Shown one piece after another: positions 52,762-62,935 of a stretch of DNA of 64,000 nt. Source of the DNA: Candidatus Heimdallarchaeum endolithica. GTDB taxonomy: Archaea; Asgardarchaeota; Heimdallarchaeia; Heimdallarchaeales; Heimdallarchaeaceae. How positions within the stretch are numbered: position 1 is the stretch's first letter; each line of letters starts with the position of its first letter. The notes under the pieces are model-generated. The model saw only the letters and a list, made by a program, of their open reading frames with translations, did not search any database and was not told where the DNA came from. Both the position numbers and the translations under genes were made by a program. The DNA is taken from assembly GCA_021513715.1 (NCBI GenBank), contig CP084167.1:2208001-2272000 (forward strand), written 5' to 3'.

Positions 52762-52956
52762 TTATTCTAGATCTTCGAGAAGTAAAATATTAATCGCTCT
52801 ATCGATAGATGTAGTGAAGATTTTTCTATCCGGCTGCTTGAAAATAATGACTTGATATATTCCAGGAGCTACTTGTAAAATCTCTCCTTTTTTTTGTGTA
52901 GCTCTGATGTCTTCGTTTTTCAAATTTTCTTTTGGAATTATCTTTTGGATGGACAT
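52762..52956 (-). CDS. Small hypothetical protein
   Basis: 64-aa ORF filling the gap, co-oriented with its upstream neighbours. Confidence 0.5.
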   Translation of the reverse strand: MSIQKIIPKENLKNEDIRATQKKGEILQVAPGIYQVIIFKQPDRKIFTTSIDRAINILLLEDLE

Positions 52957-52993
52957 GCATATTATACTATTTTGTGATATTTAAACACAACAA

Positions 52994-54181
52994 TTATTTT
53001 TTCTGTAGTTTAGCAATAAAAAACCCAACAGTTTGATCAATTCCAGGAATAAACCTTTGTATTCCACATTGAATCTGACTCTGACTTAAGTAGGTGTTTC
53101 CAAATTGAAATTCTTGTTCCACTAGTTTTAAATCAGAGTTGTTAATTATATATTCAATAACCTCTTCATTTTCTTCTTTTGTTATTGTACATGTAGAATA
53201 AACTAATATGCCTTTAGTCTTAAGCATTTTACTGCAAGCTTTTAAAATCTTTTTTTGATATCTTGAACTTTCTTTGATAATTTTATGTGAAATGCTTATA
53301 TGAAGCCTAGGTCTTAATCCTAATGCTGTACAAGGAGGATCTACAAGAATTTTGTCGAATTTAACTTGCCAATTTTTACTCATTTCAACAATATTGCCCT
53401 TAAGGGTTGTAATATTACGTAATTTGAATTTTTCAATTCGTTCGTTTAGTTTCTGTAGTCTATTACTGGATCTATCCACTGCAAAAATTTTGCCTTTCCC
53501 ACCAGAGAGTTCATGAAGATGAATAGTTTTGTTTCCTGGAGCTGAGCAACAATCCAAAATTTTATCTTCAGACCCCGGGTCTACGTTTAAAGACGTCAAG
53601 TATGCTGGGAAACTTTGAAAGAACAGAGGTTCATTTTCCATTTGTAACTCAAGTAATGAAGGTACTTTATATGGTGATAGTATATTTTTCGCTGCGATTC
53701 CCCTTTTTTTAGATAAAATCTCATTATGACTCATTAGAGCTTCTGCTTTAGCAACAAGAATCTGTTCTAGACTAACAATTTTCACTTGATCGTTTTTTCT
53801 TACTTTGTTTGCTCTTTTAATTCCTGGTATGAAAACATCAGAGCCTTGATAGATCATCTCAGAAGCTCTGTTGTCCACTACAATCTCTTTTAAATCTTCT
53901 TCCACTATTAACTTAAAAGGTCCTTTGGGTTTTACTTCGATTAGATTCTGGAATCTTTTATTTATACGCGCTTTATATCCTAAATTCTGTAGATTTCTAA
54001 GTATTATATCTATTTTTTCATAATTTTTGAAAATATGAAGAGTGTATTCTTCCATTGGTGTAATTATTGATTTAAGATATTTTTTTCTTAGTTTTTTTCC
54101 AAGTAGATCATTTAAATACTTGGATAACTCTTCTGAAATAATCGGTAACTCTTGATGATATGTTTTTTGCATGGTTTTCAA
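52994..54181 (-). CDS. RsmB/NOP2/NSUN6-like RNA m5C methyltransferase with PUA domain
   Basis: GSDVFIPGI (PUA), ILDCCSAPGNKT, ILVDPPCTALG, LVYSTCT, ENEEV. Confidence 0.93.
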   Translation of the reverse strand: MKTMQKTYHQELPIISEELSKYLNDLLGKKLRKKYLKSIITPMEEYTLHIFKNYEKIDIILRNLQNLGYKARINKRFQNLIEVKPKGPFKLIVEEDLKEIVVDNRASEMIYQGSDVFIPGIKRANKVRKNDQVKIVSLEQILVAKAEALMSHNEILSKKRGIAAKNILSPYKVPSLLELQMENEPLFFQSFPAYLTSLNVDPGSEDKILDCCSAPGNKTIHLHELSGGKGKIFAVDRSSNRLQKLNERIEKFKLRNITTLKGNIVEMSKNWQVKFDKILVDPPCTALGLRPRLHISISHKIIKESSRYQKKILKACSKMLKTKGILVYSTCTITKEENEEVIEYIINNSDLKLVEQEFQFGNTYLSQSQIQCGIQRFIPGIDQTVGFFIAKLQKK

Positions 54182-54187
54182 CTTTTG

Positions 54188-54697
54188 CTATCTGTATAAA
54201 TGAAAGAATTTTACTGAATTTGTTTTTGTATCTAAAATTGCAACAGATGGATCTCCATACAAATCATAAACTTCTCCAGGATTAATGGCTAATGTATTTT
54301 CTATTTTTTTTAGCACTTTTTTGTGTGAATGTCCATAGATTACATAATCAAATCTTTCTTTTCCATAAATTAAACTGTTTAGTACTTCTGTTTTTGTACC
54401 GTGATACAAAGCAAATTTCTTATTATCTATACTGAATTTACCTATTTCTTCGAAGAAATATCCTTTTTCTTCTATTTTTTTCTTGATCAACACTGTATCC
54501 CCTTTGTTATTTCCTGCGCACAAGTAAAATCTTCCCACATAATTGCTGAATAATTCTATACAAAAAGGAGAAATTAGGTCACCAGCATGAATAATAACTT
54601 CTACGCCATTTTTTTCAAAAATTTCTAATGCTCTTTTTATATTTTCTCTTTTATCGTGTGAATCACTCATTATTCCAATTTTCATTGAATCACTCAA
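54188..54697 (-). CDS. YfcE/MJ0936-type metallophosphoesterase
   Basis: SDSHD, HAGD, GNN, YHG, GHSH, INPG. Confidence 0.92.
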   Translation of the reverse strand: MSDSMKIGIMSDSHDKRENIKRALEIFEKNGVEVIIHAGDLISPFCIELFSNYVGRFYLCAGNNKGDTVLIKKKIEEKGYFFEEIGKFSIDNKKFALYHGTKTEVLNSLIYGKERFDYVIYGHSHKKVLKKIENTLAINPGEVYDLYGDPSVAILDTKTNSVKFFHLYR

Positions 54698-54714
54698 AAT
54701 TCTATTTCTTCTCT

Positions 54715-54799
54715 TGGTGCGGGGAGGGAGATTTGAACTCCCGAATCACTAAGAATATGGGCCTGAACCATACGCCTTTGACCGCTTGGCTATCCCCGC
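54715..54799 (-). tRNA. tRNA-Leu(CAG), CCA encoded
   Basis: GCGGGGA/TCCCCGC acceptor, TATGG-TTCAGGC-CCATA anticodon arm, long variable arm. Confidence 0.95.
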
Positions 54800-54948
54800 T
54801 TAAATAATCATCATTACTTCTTTTAATTTTATTTTAAATCTTATTCTATTGGATAAAAATAACGACTATGTTTTGTACTTTAAATGTTAACTTTTTTTTA
54901 AAAAATATTTATTAATTAAAAAAATAGAAAAATATTGATTTTTGGGGA

Positions 54949-57900
54949 TTAAGCTATGTCTTCAAGTTCAATATGCGGTGCAATACCTAGGGACATTAAC
55001 TCTTGTAGCAATAATTTGAAGGCGTAACTTATTATTACTCTTGACACAGTTGTTTCTTCTTTACATACTGGACAATGATATCTGTCCTTATTTTTATCAT
55101 GCATTGCTAAAAATCCACATTTTGAGCAGATAAAAGCTTCAGTTTTGTCAGATTCATCTAGTAATCTTTCTTTCAAAAGGATTGATGTTCCATGTCCAAT
55201 TAAACAATCTCTCTCCATTTCTCCAAATCGTAGACCACCTTCTCTAGCTCTTCCTTCTGTAGGTTGTCTTGTTAGCATTTGTATTGGTCCTCTAGCTCTA
55301 GCATGTATTTTATCTTGTACTAGGTGATGTAATTTCTGATAAAATACTGAACCGAAAAATATTGTTCCCTCGAGTTTTTTACCGCTTTTTCCATCATACA
55401 TTACTTCTCTACCTAATGGATGTAACCCCATAGTTTCCAAAATATCTTCTAAATCTTTAATTGAAACTTCACTAAAAGCTGTTGCATAGATCTCTTTTCC
55501 TCTTTGTGCTGCAGCTTTTCCTGCTAAGAGCTCCATAAGCATTCCCACTGTCATTCTGCTTGGTACTGCATGAGGATTGATTATAATGTCTGGGACAATT
55601 CCATTCTCTGTGAAAGGCATATCTTCTTGTGGTATTATTAATCCAATTACTCCTTTTTGACCATGTCTTGAAGCAAATTTATCACCAATTTCAGGTATCC
55701 GATCTGAACGAACTCTAACCTTAACTAATTTATTACCTTCATTTGTATCTGTTAGAATAACCATGTCGCTTATTCCTTTCTCTCCATGTCTCATTGCTTT
55801 ACTTGTTTCTCTTCTGTTTTGTGGAGGTACATCGAATTCTGTGTATTCTTCTAAAAATCTTGGTGGGCTAGTTCTTCCAATCAATACTTCTCCTCGATTG
55901 CCATCTACTTCTATCTCTGGTTCTATTATTCCATCTTCTCCAAGATGAACATACTGTGAGACATCTTTATATCCTCTTACTGTATCATCTGGAACTTCAA
56001 ATGTATCCTCTTGTCCATTTGGATATTTTCGCTCTTCAGCTTCGTATGTTCTATAGAATGTACTTCTTCCTAATCCTCTTTCAATTGATGCTTTATTTAT
56101 TAGGAGGGCATCTTCCATATTATATCCTTCATAAGAGAGTACAGCTACTACGAAATTTTGTCCAGCTGGTCTATTGTCAAAATGTATTGCATCCATTCCA
56201 TGTGTTTTTACAAGAGGTTTTTGTGCATAATGAAGAATATGTGCTCTTGTGTCGACTCTGTATTTGAAGTTAGCTGCATATACTCCTAAAGCCTGCTTAG
56301 CCATACCAGCCTCATAGACATTACGATCTGAACGGTTGTGTTCTGGATATGGAATTAAGGAAGCACAGATTCCTAATATTGTACTTGTGGTAATTTCCAT
56401 GTGAGTTGTTTCTTTAGAAATACCTTTTTCATCTAGAGCAATAAGCAGATTTTCTTCTTCTTCAGCATCTACGTATTCAATAACACCCATTTGAATTAGT
56501 TCAGACCAAGTTATTTTTGCGACTTTGGATTCTGGTATTTTAGATGTTAAAGGAACACCATTTTCAACAACAATTAGTGGTCTTCTTACTCTCCCTGCAT
56601 CACAGTTGATAATTAATTCGTTAGTTTCTTCATAGAATGAAACATTAACTTCGTGGTGGAACTCTCCCTTTCGTCTATTTTCAATAAGTTTGTTTCTGAA
56701 ATCCCAACCGTCTTTTGCTATTCCAATAAATCTTCCATTAAGAAAAACTTTTGTGTTTTGTGGATCTTTTAATAGATCCATTCCTTGAGAATTAGGTGTT
56801 GTCATTTCTTCATAATTAATAGGCACTAAGTTTAGTAGTTTAATGAGTTTTTGTTCAACTACTTTTTCGTCAATTCCAACGCTTATATATGCTTGTAAAG
56901 CTAAATTCTTAACTAAACCACAATTGGGTCCTTCAGGCGTTTCATTGGGGCATATTTTTCCGTAATGTGTGGGGTGTAAATCTCTTGCCTCAAAGTGAGG
57001 TTGGCTTCTGCTTAATGGACTTACTACTCTTCTTAAATGACTTAAAGCTGACATATAGTTTGTTCTATCTAATAATTGGCTGACTCCAGATTTTCCTCCT
57101 GTCCAATTTCCTGTAGCGAGAGCATGTCTTAATCTTTCTGTAATTAAATCGGCCCTAACTGCTGTTTTTAAGTTTGGTTTTTTTCCTCTTACCGTAACTC
57201 TTTCTAATTGATATTTTATATCCCTACAGAGAGCATGAAAAGCAACTCTGTATAACATTAGTAGAAGATCTCCTGCTAGTTTCAACCTTTTGTTTGCATA
57301 ATGATCTTTATCATCTTTTGGACGAATTCCTGCTTCTAGTTCTAGCAATCTTTGTGCCATTCTTGCTAAGAAGAATGCTTTTCTTATTCTAGATTTTTCA
57401 TCACTACCTAAATGTGGTAGTAAATATTTATCTAAAACTTGTTGGGCTCTGTTTATTCTATATTCTTTGGTTTGTCCAACGGCTACTCTTTTTCCAATAT
57501 AGTCAAGAGCACTTTCTGTTGAATCAATATCTGAATCTTCTCTCATGAGAATTGACATTACACGTGATCTAAGTTTTGGAGTTGGGCTTATCGCCATAGC
57601 AATCATATCATCTCTTTCTATTCCAAGAGCTCTCATGAGAAGAATCAGCGATATTTTTCTTGGCATGCTTGGGAAACTTACTCTTAATTGTCCATCAGCT
57701 GTATGCTCAGCTGTAACTGGCGCTCTAAATCCATGAATTACACTAAATACCTTAGCTTCAGAGGTTATGTTTCCTTTACTTGATACATCTTCAATTAGGA
57801 TTCTATTGGGAGCTAAATCTTCTTGTGTGACAATTACTCTTTCGCTTCCATTAATTATAAAATAACCACCTGGATCGCTTGGATCTTCACCATTTCTAAT

Positions 57901-58353
57901 TAAACTTTCTTTTGATAGGTTGTATAAAGAACATTTTTTTGATTTTAGCATTATGGGTAAGTAACCAATAAATACTCTAGCTTGTTCCTTTGGAGTATCT
58001 ATCTCTCCTTCTGCTTCCCTTTTAATTGGAGTCATATATAAAAACATTCGAGATGCATAAGTCAAATTTCTGATTCTTGCTTCCATTGGATAAATTGTAC
58101 TTTGAGACCCATCTGCTTCACGAACAGTCGGTTCTTCAACTTCTATTTTATCTAATCGAATATAATAGTCACTGTCTTCAGGTTCAATGATTTTTATTTC
58201 TTCAAGAACTGATTGTAAACCGTGTTCAATAAAGGAATTGAAGCTATCGAGATGTTGCCTTACCAATCCAAGTTCGTCAAACATTCGATTTATGTAAACC
58301 CACCTATCATTGTTATTTTTTTGTGAGCTGCTATTCAATTTAGTTTTAGACAT
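54949..58353 (-). CDS. rpoB: DNA-directed RNA polymerase subunit B (Rpo2), unsplit
   Basis: GYFIINGSERV, ETPEGPNCGLVKNLA, GDKFASRHGQKG, RQPTEGRAREGGLRFGEMERD. Confidence 0.99.
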   Translation of the reverse strand: MSKTKLNSSSQKNNNDRWVYINRMFDELGLVRQHLDSFNSFIEHGLQSVLEEIKIIEPEDSDYYIRLDKIEVEEPTVREADGSQSTIYPMEARIRNLTYASRMFLYMTPIKREAEGEIDTPKEQARVFIGYLPIMLKSKKCSLYNLSKESLIRNGEDPSDPGGYFIINGSERVIVTQEDLAPNRILIEDVSSKGNITSEAKVFSVIHGFRAPVTAEHTADGQLRVSFPSMPRKISLILLMRALGIERDDMIAMAISPTPKLRSRVMSILMREDSDIDSTESALDYIGKRVAVGQTKEYRINRAQQVLDKYLLPHLGSDEKSRIRKAFFLARMAQRLLELEAGIRPKDDKDHYANKRLKLAGDLLLMLYRVAFHALCRDIKYQLERVTVRGKKPNLKTAVRADLITERLRHALATGNWTGGKSGVSQLLDRTNYMSALSHLRRVVSPLSRSQPHFEARDLHPTHYGKICPNETPEGPNCGLVKNLALQAYISVGIDEKVVEQKLIKLLNLVPINYEEMTTPNSQGMDLLKDPQNTKVFLNGRFIGIAKDGWDFRNKLIENRRKGEFHHEVNVSFYEETNELIINCDAGRVRRPLIVVENGVPLTSKIPESKVAKITWSELIQMGVIEYVDAEEEENLLIALDEKGISKETTHMEITTSTILGICASLIPYPEHNRSDRNVYEAGMAKQALGVYAANFKYRVDTRAHILHYAQKPLVKTHGMDAIHFDNRPAGQNFVVAVLSYEGYNMEDALLINKASIERGLGRSTFYRTYEAEERKYPNGQEDTFEVPDDTVRGYKDVSQYVHLGEDGIIEPEIEVDGNRGEVLIGRTSPPRFLEEYTEFDVPPQNRRETSKAMRHGEKGISDMVILTDTNEGNKLVKVRVRSDRIPEIGDKFASRHGQKGVIGLIIPQEDMPFTENGIVPDIIINPHAVPSRMTVGMLMELLAGKAAAQRGKEIYATAFSEVSIKDLEDILETMGLHPLGREVMYDGKSGKKLEGTIFFGSVFYQKLHHLVQDKIHARARGPIQMLTRQPTEGRAREGGLRFGEMERDCLIGHGTSILLKERLLDESDKTEAFICSKCGFLAMHDKNKDRYHCPVCKEETTVSRVIISYAFKLLLQELMSLGIAPHIELEDIA

Positions 58354-58553
58354 TAAAACACCTATTTTATGAATTCATAAAAATTATTTCTCTTGTTTGT
58401 GAATTCTGTGTTGTAATAAAAAGCTGTTGTTTTTTGACATGTTTTGTAAAAAATATTTGAATACAAAGAATTAAAAAGCTATTGAAAAATATTCATAAAT
58501 ATAAAGCATATTGCACTAATTAAGTTACTTTGGTAATGCAAACTGATTTGTGA

Positions 58554-58997
58554 GTGAAAATGACTGGTAATGGAGTTAAACTTTCTATTGATGAAATGCA
58601 ATTTATTACAATTTATCAAGGCATTGTAAATATAAAGATAAGAGATTGTATAATAGAAGAGAGTGAAAATAAAGTTTTGTTTGTAGTTGAAGAAGGACAA
58701 GCTGGATTAGCTATAGGAAAAAGAGGAACAAATATAAACAAATTAAAGGAATTAATTGCTCGTGATGTGGAAATTATTGAATACTCAAGCAAACCATCCA
58801 TCTTCATAAAAAACTGTTTCCTTCCTATTATACCTAAAGACGTTTCTATTCAAAACAGAAAAAACGGTCGTGTAGCCGTTGTAACTGTAGATCAAAAGGA
58901 CATTGGCCTTGCAATAGGGCGTGATGGTCGTACAATAAAAAAGGTTAAGCAATTAGTTGCAAGACAGTTTGATATAGTTGATGTAGTAATAAAATAA
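58554..58997 (+). CDS. nusA: Archaeal NusA (KH domains)
   Basis: GLAIGKRGTNI, VEIIEYS, GLAIGRDGRTIK. Confidence 0.93.
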   Translation: MKMTGNGVKLSIDEMQFITIYQGIVNIKIRDCIIEESENKVLFVVEEGQAGLAIGKRGTNINKLKELIARDVEIIEYSSKPSIFIKNCFLPIIPKDVSIQNRKNGRVAVVTVDQKDIGLAIGRDGRTIKKVKQLVARQFDIVDVVIK

Positions 58998-59018
58998 TAT
59001 TGGCGACTGAGTTTAAAA

Positions 59019-59426
59019 ATGATAGTTGATTTTGGGACAAGAAATAAAAAAATAAAAGCATTGTTCAAAATAATTAAAGAAGAAAAAATCTTTTCTGAAT
59101 CATTGGAAAATGAGGTAATAAGTTTATTTGGAGATCGAGGAGAAAAAGCAATAAAAATATTAAAAAATAAAAGATTGGTAAAACTAAAAATAAAATCTAA
59201 TCTCTGTTTTTGGATTGTAAAGGGAAAAAACAGTGATTATGTAATCATTGATACTCTCTATTGCGATTGTAGAGATTTCTATATGCGTATAATTAACAGG
59301 AATAATGATGAACCCTGTTACCATTTATTGGCTAAAATAATAGGTGAAAAATTAAACTTATATCAAGAACAAGAAATGGGTGAAATAGAATATAATTCAT
59401 TAATTTATGATCTTTATTATAAATAA
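59019..59426 (+). CDS. SWIM zinc-finger protein
   Basis: WIVKG...Y...YCDCRDF...PCYHLLA. Confidence 0.85.
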   Translation: MIVDFGTRNKKIKALFKIIKEEKIFSESLENEVISLFGDRGEKAIKILKNKRLVKLKIKSNLCFWIVKGKNSDYVIIDTLYCDCRDFYMRIINRNNDEPCYHLLAKIIGEKLNLYQEQEMGEIEYNSLIYDLYYK

Positions 59427-59631
59427 TAGAATTTTCTGGGTTAAATAAAAAAGTTGCCTTTATGCAATTTAAATGTTTTAAATGTTATAAACAGTCGGTT
59501 CTTATAATTAAGCTGCGTTTAATGTGTTTATGGCTTAAAATAAGCGTTCAAAATCAAGTCACTAATATTTTTGTATTATTTTAAAAATGGAAGTAGAATT
59601 GTTTTCTGACAAACCGCATTAACTTTTTTAT

Positions 59632-59748
59632 TGGTGGCTCGGGGGGGTTTCGATCCCCCGACCTCAAGATTTCTCCTCGCAAGCCTTAATCTAGCCCTTT
59701 AACATAAGATTATGAGTCTTGCGCTCTAGCCTGCTGAGCTACCGAGCC
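59632..59748 (-). tRNA. tRNA(CAT), probably elongator Met (Ile2 not excluded), with a 40-nt intron at 59671-59710; CCA encoded
   Basis: GGCTCGG/CCGAGCC acceptor; CAAGA-CTCATA^A-TCTTG after removing the intron at 37/38; relaxed bulge-helix-bulge. Confidence 0.9.
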
Positions 59749-59760
59749 TATAGGTTTGTA

Positions 59761-60078
59761 ATTTTCCTTTTTGTAATTTTTCATATTATTGTATATTTAT
59801 TTCTTTTGTTATGTTGGATTTTTTGTAAAAAGTGAAAGAAGATAGTTGTTTTTTATAACTTTAGAGATTTTTTGATATACACTATATTTTATGTGCTGTG
59901 GAGTGAAGGTGAAAAAAGGAGATTTTCTTTTTCTTCCTTCTTTATAATTCACACGATTCGTGTATAGAGTCTGTCTCATTTTCTTCTTTTATGTAGGTGT
60001 GGTTGAGATCTCAAGCACTAAACTTTTCTTTTCCCTCTTGAAAGACAGAATGTAAAAAACTTATGAGAAAAAGTAAAT
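59761..60078 (+). mobile_element. Miniature (MITE-like) relative of the TnpB element retaining both ends and the putative omegaRNA
   Basis: Shares GTGGAGTGAAG, CGATTCGTGTAT..GTCTGTCT, TCTCAAG, TCTTGAAAGAC and AAAAAGTAAAT|CAT with 47659-47848. The left end ATTTTCCTTTTTGTAATTTT resembles 46061. Confidence 0.75.
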
Positions 60079-60128
60079 CATAAATAAAAAATAATATAAA
60101 GCATATTTTTTAATCCACTTTGAAAGCA

Positions 60129-60320
60129 ATGAGTCGAAGACAAACTAAAAGAAAAAGTCGTGATACTAGTCCAATGCCTGCAACAGGAGCAGGATTAATG
60201 CGTTATTATGATGAGGACTTACCTGGTGTTAAAGTAGGACCTTGGTATGTAATCGCTTTTGCATTAATATTAATTGTAGCAGTTTTTATGGGTAACATCT
60301 TCACTCCAAATTTAAGTTAG
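60129..60320 (+). CDS. Preprotein translocase subunit Sec61beta
   Basis: GAGLMRYYDED..GVKVGP followed by a TM helix. Confidence 0.92.
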   Translation: MSRRQTKRKSRDTSPMPATGAGLMRYYDEDLPGVKVGPWYVIAFALILIVAVFMGNIFTPNLS

Positions 60321-60436
60321 AGGTTATTAAACTCTCTTTTACATTTTAATTCAGTAAAGTATCTTATGAGGAAGATAAAAAAGGTTTTTTCATCAATAAG
60401 TTAAAAAATGGAGAGAATAATTGTTTACTAATCAAA

Positions 60437-60916
60437 ATGACAAAAGCGATAGTAAAAACTAATAAGGGAACATTTGAAATTGAATTTTATGATAAGCAGA
60501 CTCCAAATACTACCAAAAATTTTGTAATGCTAGCAAAAAAAGGATTTTATAATGGAGTTAAATTTCACAGGGTGATACCTGATTTTGTTGTCCAGGGTGG
60601 TGACCCTACAGGAACAGGTCGAGGGGGACCTGGTTACAAATTTGCTGATGAGTTAAATAATGATGTCCAACATCATGATTTAGGCGCTGTTTCTATGGCA
60701 AATGCGGGACCCAATACAAACGGTTCACAGTTTTTTATTGTTTTAAATCCAAAAAACTGTAAACATCTAGATGGTAAACATACTGTTTTTGGAAGAGTAA
60801 TAAAAGGAATTGATGTAGTAAATACAATAGTTCAAGGTGATACGATGCTAGAAGTTTCTATTGTTGAGGAGTCAGATATAATAAAAAACCATGAATTTCA
60901 GAAATTACCAATTTAA
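60437..60916 (+). CDS. Cyclophilin-type peptidyl-prolyl isomerase
   Basis: [44 protein letters not shown]. Confidence 0.96.
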   Translation: MTKAIVKTNKGTFEIEFYDKQTPNTTKNFVMLAKKGFYNGVKFHRVIPDFVVQGGDPTGTGRGGPGYKFADELNNDVQHHDLGAVSMANAGPNTNGSQFFIVLNPKNCKHLDGKHTVFGRVIKGIDVVNTIVQGDTMLEVSIVEESDIIKNHEFQKLPI

Positions 60917-61205
60917 TTTTTGTTCAAAGCAATTGTAAGTTAATCTCGCTCTCAGGTAAGTTACTTCAATAGAATAAACAAGAGGAACTAACCATTCATT
61001 GAAGCAGAAGAGAGAGTTAACTACTTCTCCATTAACTTAATTTATGAACTGTTTTAGAAGTGTGACCGCAATGAGAACAAGTCTAGCTATTTTCTGAGGG
61101 TCAACTGTTATAACTGGTTATGCTGGTGAGATAAGGAGATCAAGAACGAGAGGAAAAAGATGTAAGACCACTTATTTATTTCTTGTAATTGAAAAATTTT
61201 TTTGT

Positions 61206-62147
61206 TTAAAGAAGAATTACCTTATTAATACTGTCGATTAAATATTGTGTGTCATCAATAAATTCGCTTAATTTTCTAGTTATTTCCGACTTTAGAGAAA
61301 ATTTATTTAAAGCTATTTTCTCTTCTAACATTAAAAGATTGGTTTTAATGTTAGTAATCTCGGTATAAACTGTGATCAAATCATTTTCTCGAAGCGCATT
61401 TAATAGCGATTCTAAAATATCTAGGATATAATAAAGTTGTGTATTAATAGATCCAGATTCATCGAAATCTTCCATCATTAGATTAAATGATATCTCCTCG
61501 ACAACTGAGTAGATGTCTTCATAAGCTATTTCAAACATTGATAATACTAGTTCGTCTATTTCAAATTCTTGTTCATCATTCAAATCTTTTACATTAAGTT
61601 GTTTTTTTATGAGATTCAATTCTTCATCCAACCAATTGGTAAATGAAGGTGTAATTATGGGATTTGATTTTTGAAGTGAACTAGCAGGGATAAAATCTTT
61701 TAACGGTGGATATTTTTTATAATACTCTGTTTTAATTTCTGAATTTACTATAAACTCAGGATAGTTTTCATAGACATACTCAATTAACTGTCTAATGCTA
61801 TAGTTTTTGAAATCATAGCATAGATCTTGTATAACCTGTTCATAAATTTCCGGGATGTCATGTTCTAGTAAATATTCTTCTCCATATTCTGTTAATTGAT
61901 ATCTATGAATTACTTCTCCGTCTCCTCTGTCTTCCTCAATGTGGAAAATATAACCATATTCTATTAAATCCTCTAAATCTTCTTGCAGTGTTTGGCAGTA
62001 TGGTCCATATTTAAATGGGATAAAGGAGTATCCTGTATTTAAGTGATAATTATGCTCCAAAAGAAAAACGTACTTTTGAAACTGGATCCTTCCATGTATA
62101 TATCCTGCATGTTTAAGTAGCGTAAGAAGGATAAGATTACGAGACAT
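61206..62147 (-). CDS. SocA/Panacea (DUF4065)/YwgA-like protein with an acidic helical C-terminal extension
   Basis: GRIQFQKYVFLL...FIPFKYGPYC...YQLTEYG...LIEYVYENYPE. Confidence 0.7.
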   Translation of the reverse strand: MSRNLILLTLLKHAGYIHGRIQFQKYVFLLEHNYHLNTGYSFIPFKYGPYCQTLQEDLEDLIEYGYIFHIEEDRGDGEVIHRYQLTEYGEEYLLEHDIPEIYEQVIQDLCYDFKNYSIRQLIEYVYENYPEFIVNSEIKTEYYKKYPPLKDFIPASSLQKSNPIITPSFTNWLDEELNLIKKQLNVKDLNDEQEFEIDELVLSMFEIAYEDIYSVVEEISFNLMMEDFDESGSINTQLYYILDILESLLNALRENDLITVYTEITNIKTNLLMLEEKIALNKFSLKSEITRKLSEFIDDTQYLIDSINKVILL

Positions 62148-62389
62148 TCTACTAGTAAATATTAGAAAACACTATTTAAACTCAACTAAGAAATTTATCA
62201 ACCAAAGAATTTGGTATAGTAATTAAGAAATACTACGTCATCCTATCGTTTTTAACTATTTTGTTATTATAAACTATAATGGCCAGTTTGCTTAAAATTT
62301 CTGACCATTATTACTTTAATACTTTCAAAAAGTAAAAAAACGATAAGTTTAAATGAAATATGAATCTAAAGGGTGTAGAGTTAAAAAAC

Positions 62390-62467
62390 GGGGCAGTAGT
62401 TTAGCTCGGTCGATGATCGTGGACTGTCACTCCATGGACCCGGGTTCAAATCCCGGCTGCCTCGCCA
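62390..62467 (+). tRNA. tRNA-Asp(GTC), CCA encoded
   Basis: GGGGCAG/CTGCCTC acceptor, GTGGA-CTGTCAC-TCCAT anticodon arm, GGTTCAAATCC. Confidence 0.95.
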
Positions 62468-62503
62468 CTCATTTCTTTAGTTTGTTGTTTTGTTAATGTG
62501 TGT

Positions 62504-62686
62504 TTATGAGAAGAAAAAGTCTTTAATATTTTCTTCAGCCCAATCTATCATACTTGATACTACTGTAAAAACTATAATAAAAATAAAAATGGCAATGCCT
62601 ATAAGTAATATTTCCTCTAAAATTGGTGAACCTTTTTTATTTTTTAGTATGAGTTTAAAATTTTTTATTATATTCTTCATTTTCAC
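62504..62686 (-). CDS. Small type IV pilin-like protein (class III signal peptide)
   Basis: KNKKG|SPILEEILLIGIAIFIFIIVF: basic leader, Gly at -1, Glu at +5, hydrophobic helix. Confidence 0.75.
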   Translation of the reverse strand: MKMKNIIKNFKLILKNKKGSPILEEILLIGIAIFIFIIVFTVVSSMIDWAEENIKDFFFS

Positions 62687-62739
62687 TAGTTATTATGGTT
62701 AAAGAATTATATAAGCACCACATTTTTTATTTATAAAAA

Positions 62740-62824
62740 TGGTGAGGAGAGGGAGATTCGAACTCCCGAACCACTAAGGACTGGGTCCTCATCCCAGCGC
62801 CTTTGACCGCTCGGCAATCTCCTC
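62740..62824 (-). tRNA. tRNA-Leu(GAG), CCA encoded
   Basis: GAGGAGA/TCTCCTC acceptor, CTGGG-ATGAGGA-CCCAG anticodon arm, long variable arm. Confidence 0.95.
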
Positions 62825-62935
62825 TTCTCTTGTATTATGAGCCAAAAGGAGATTTTTAAGTTTGTCGGTACTTAATTAAGTTGTTTTAATTTTCAAAGTT
62901 GCAGTTTAATTAGATGAAACTTTTAAGTTAGTTTT

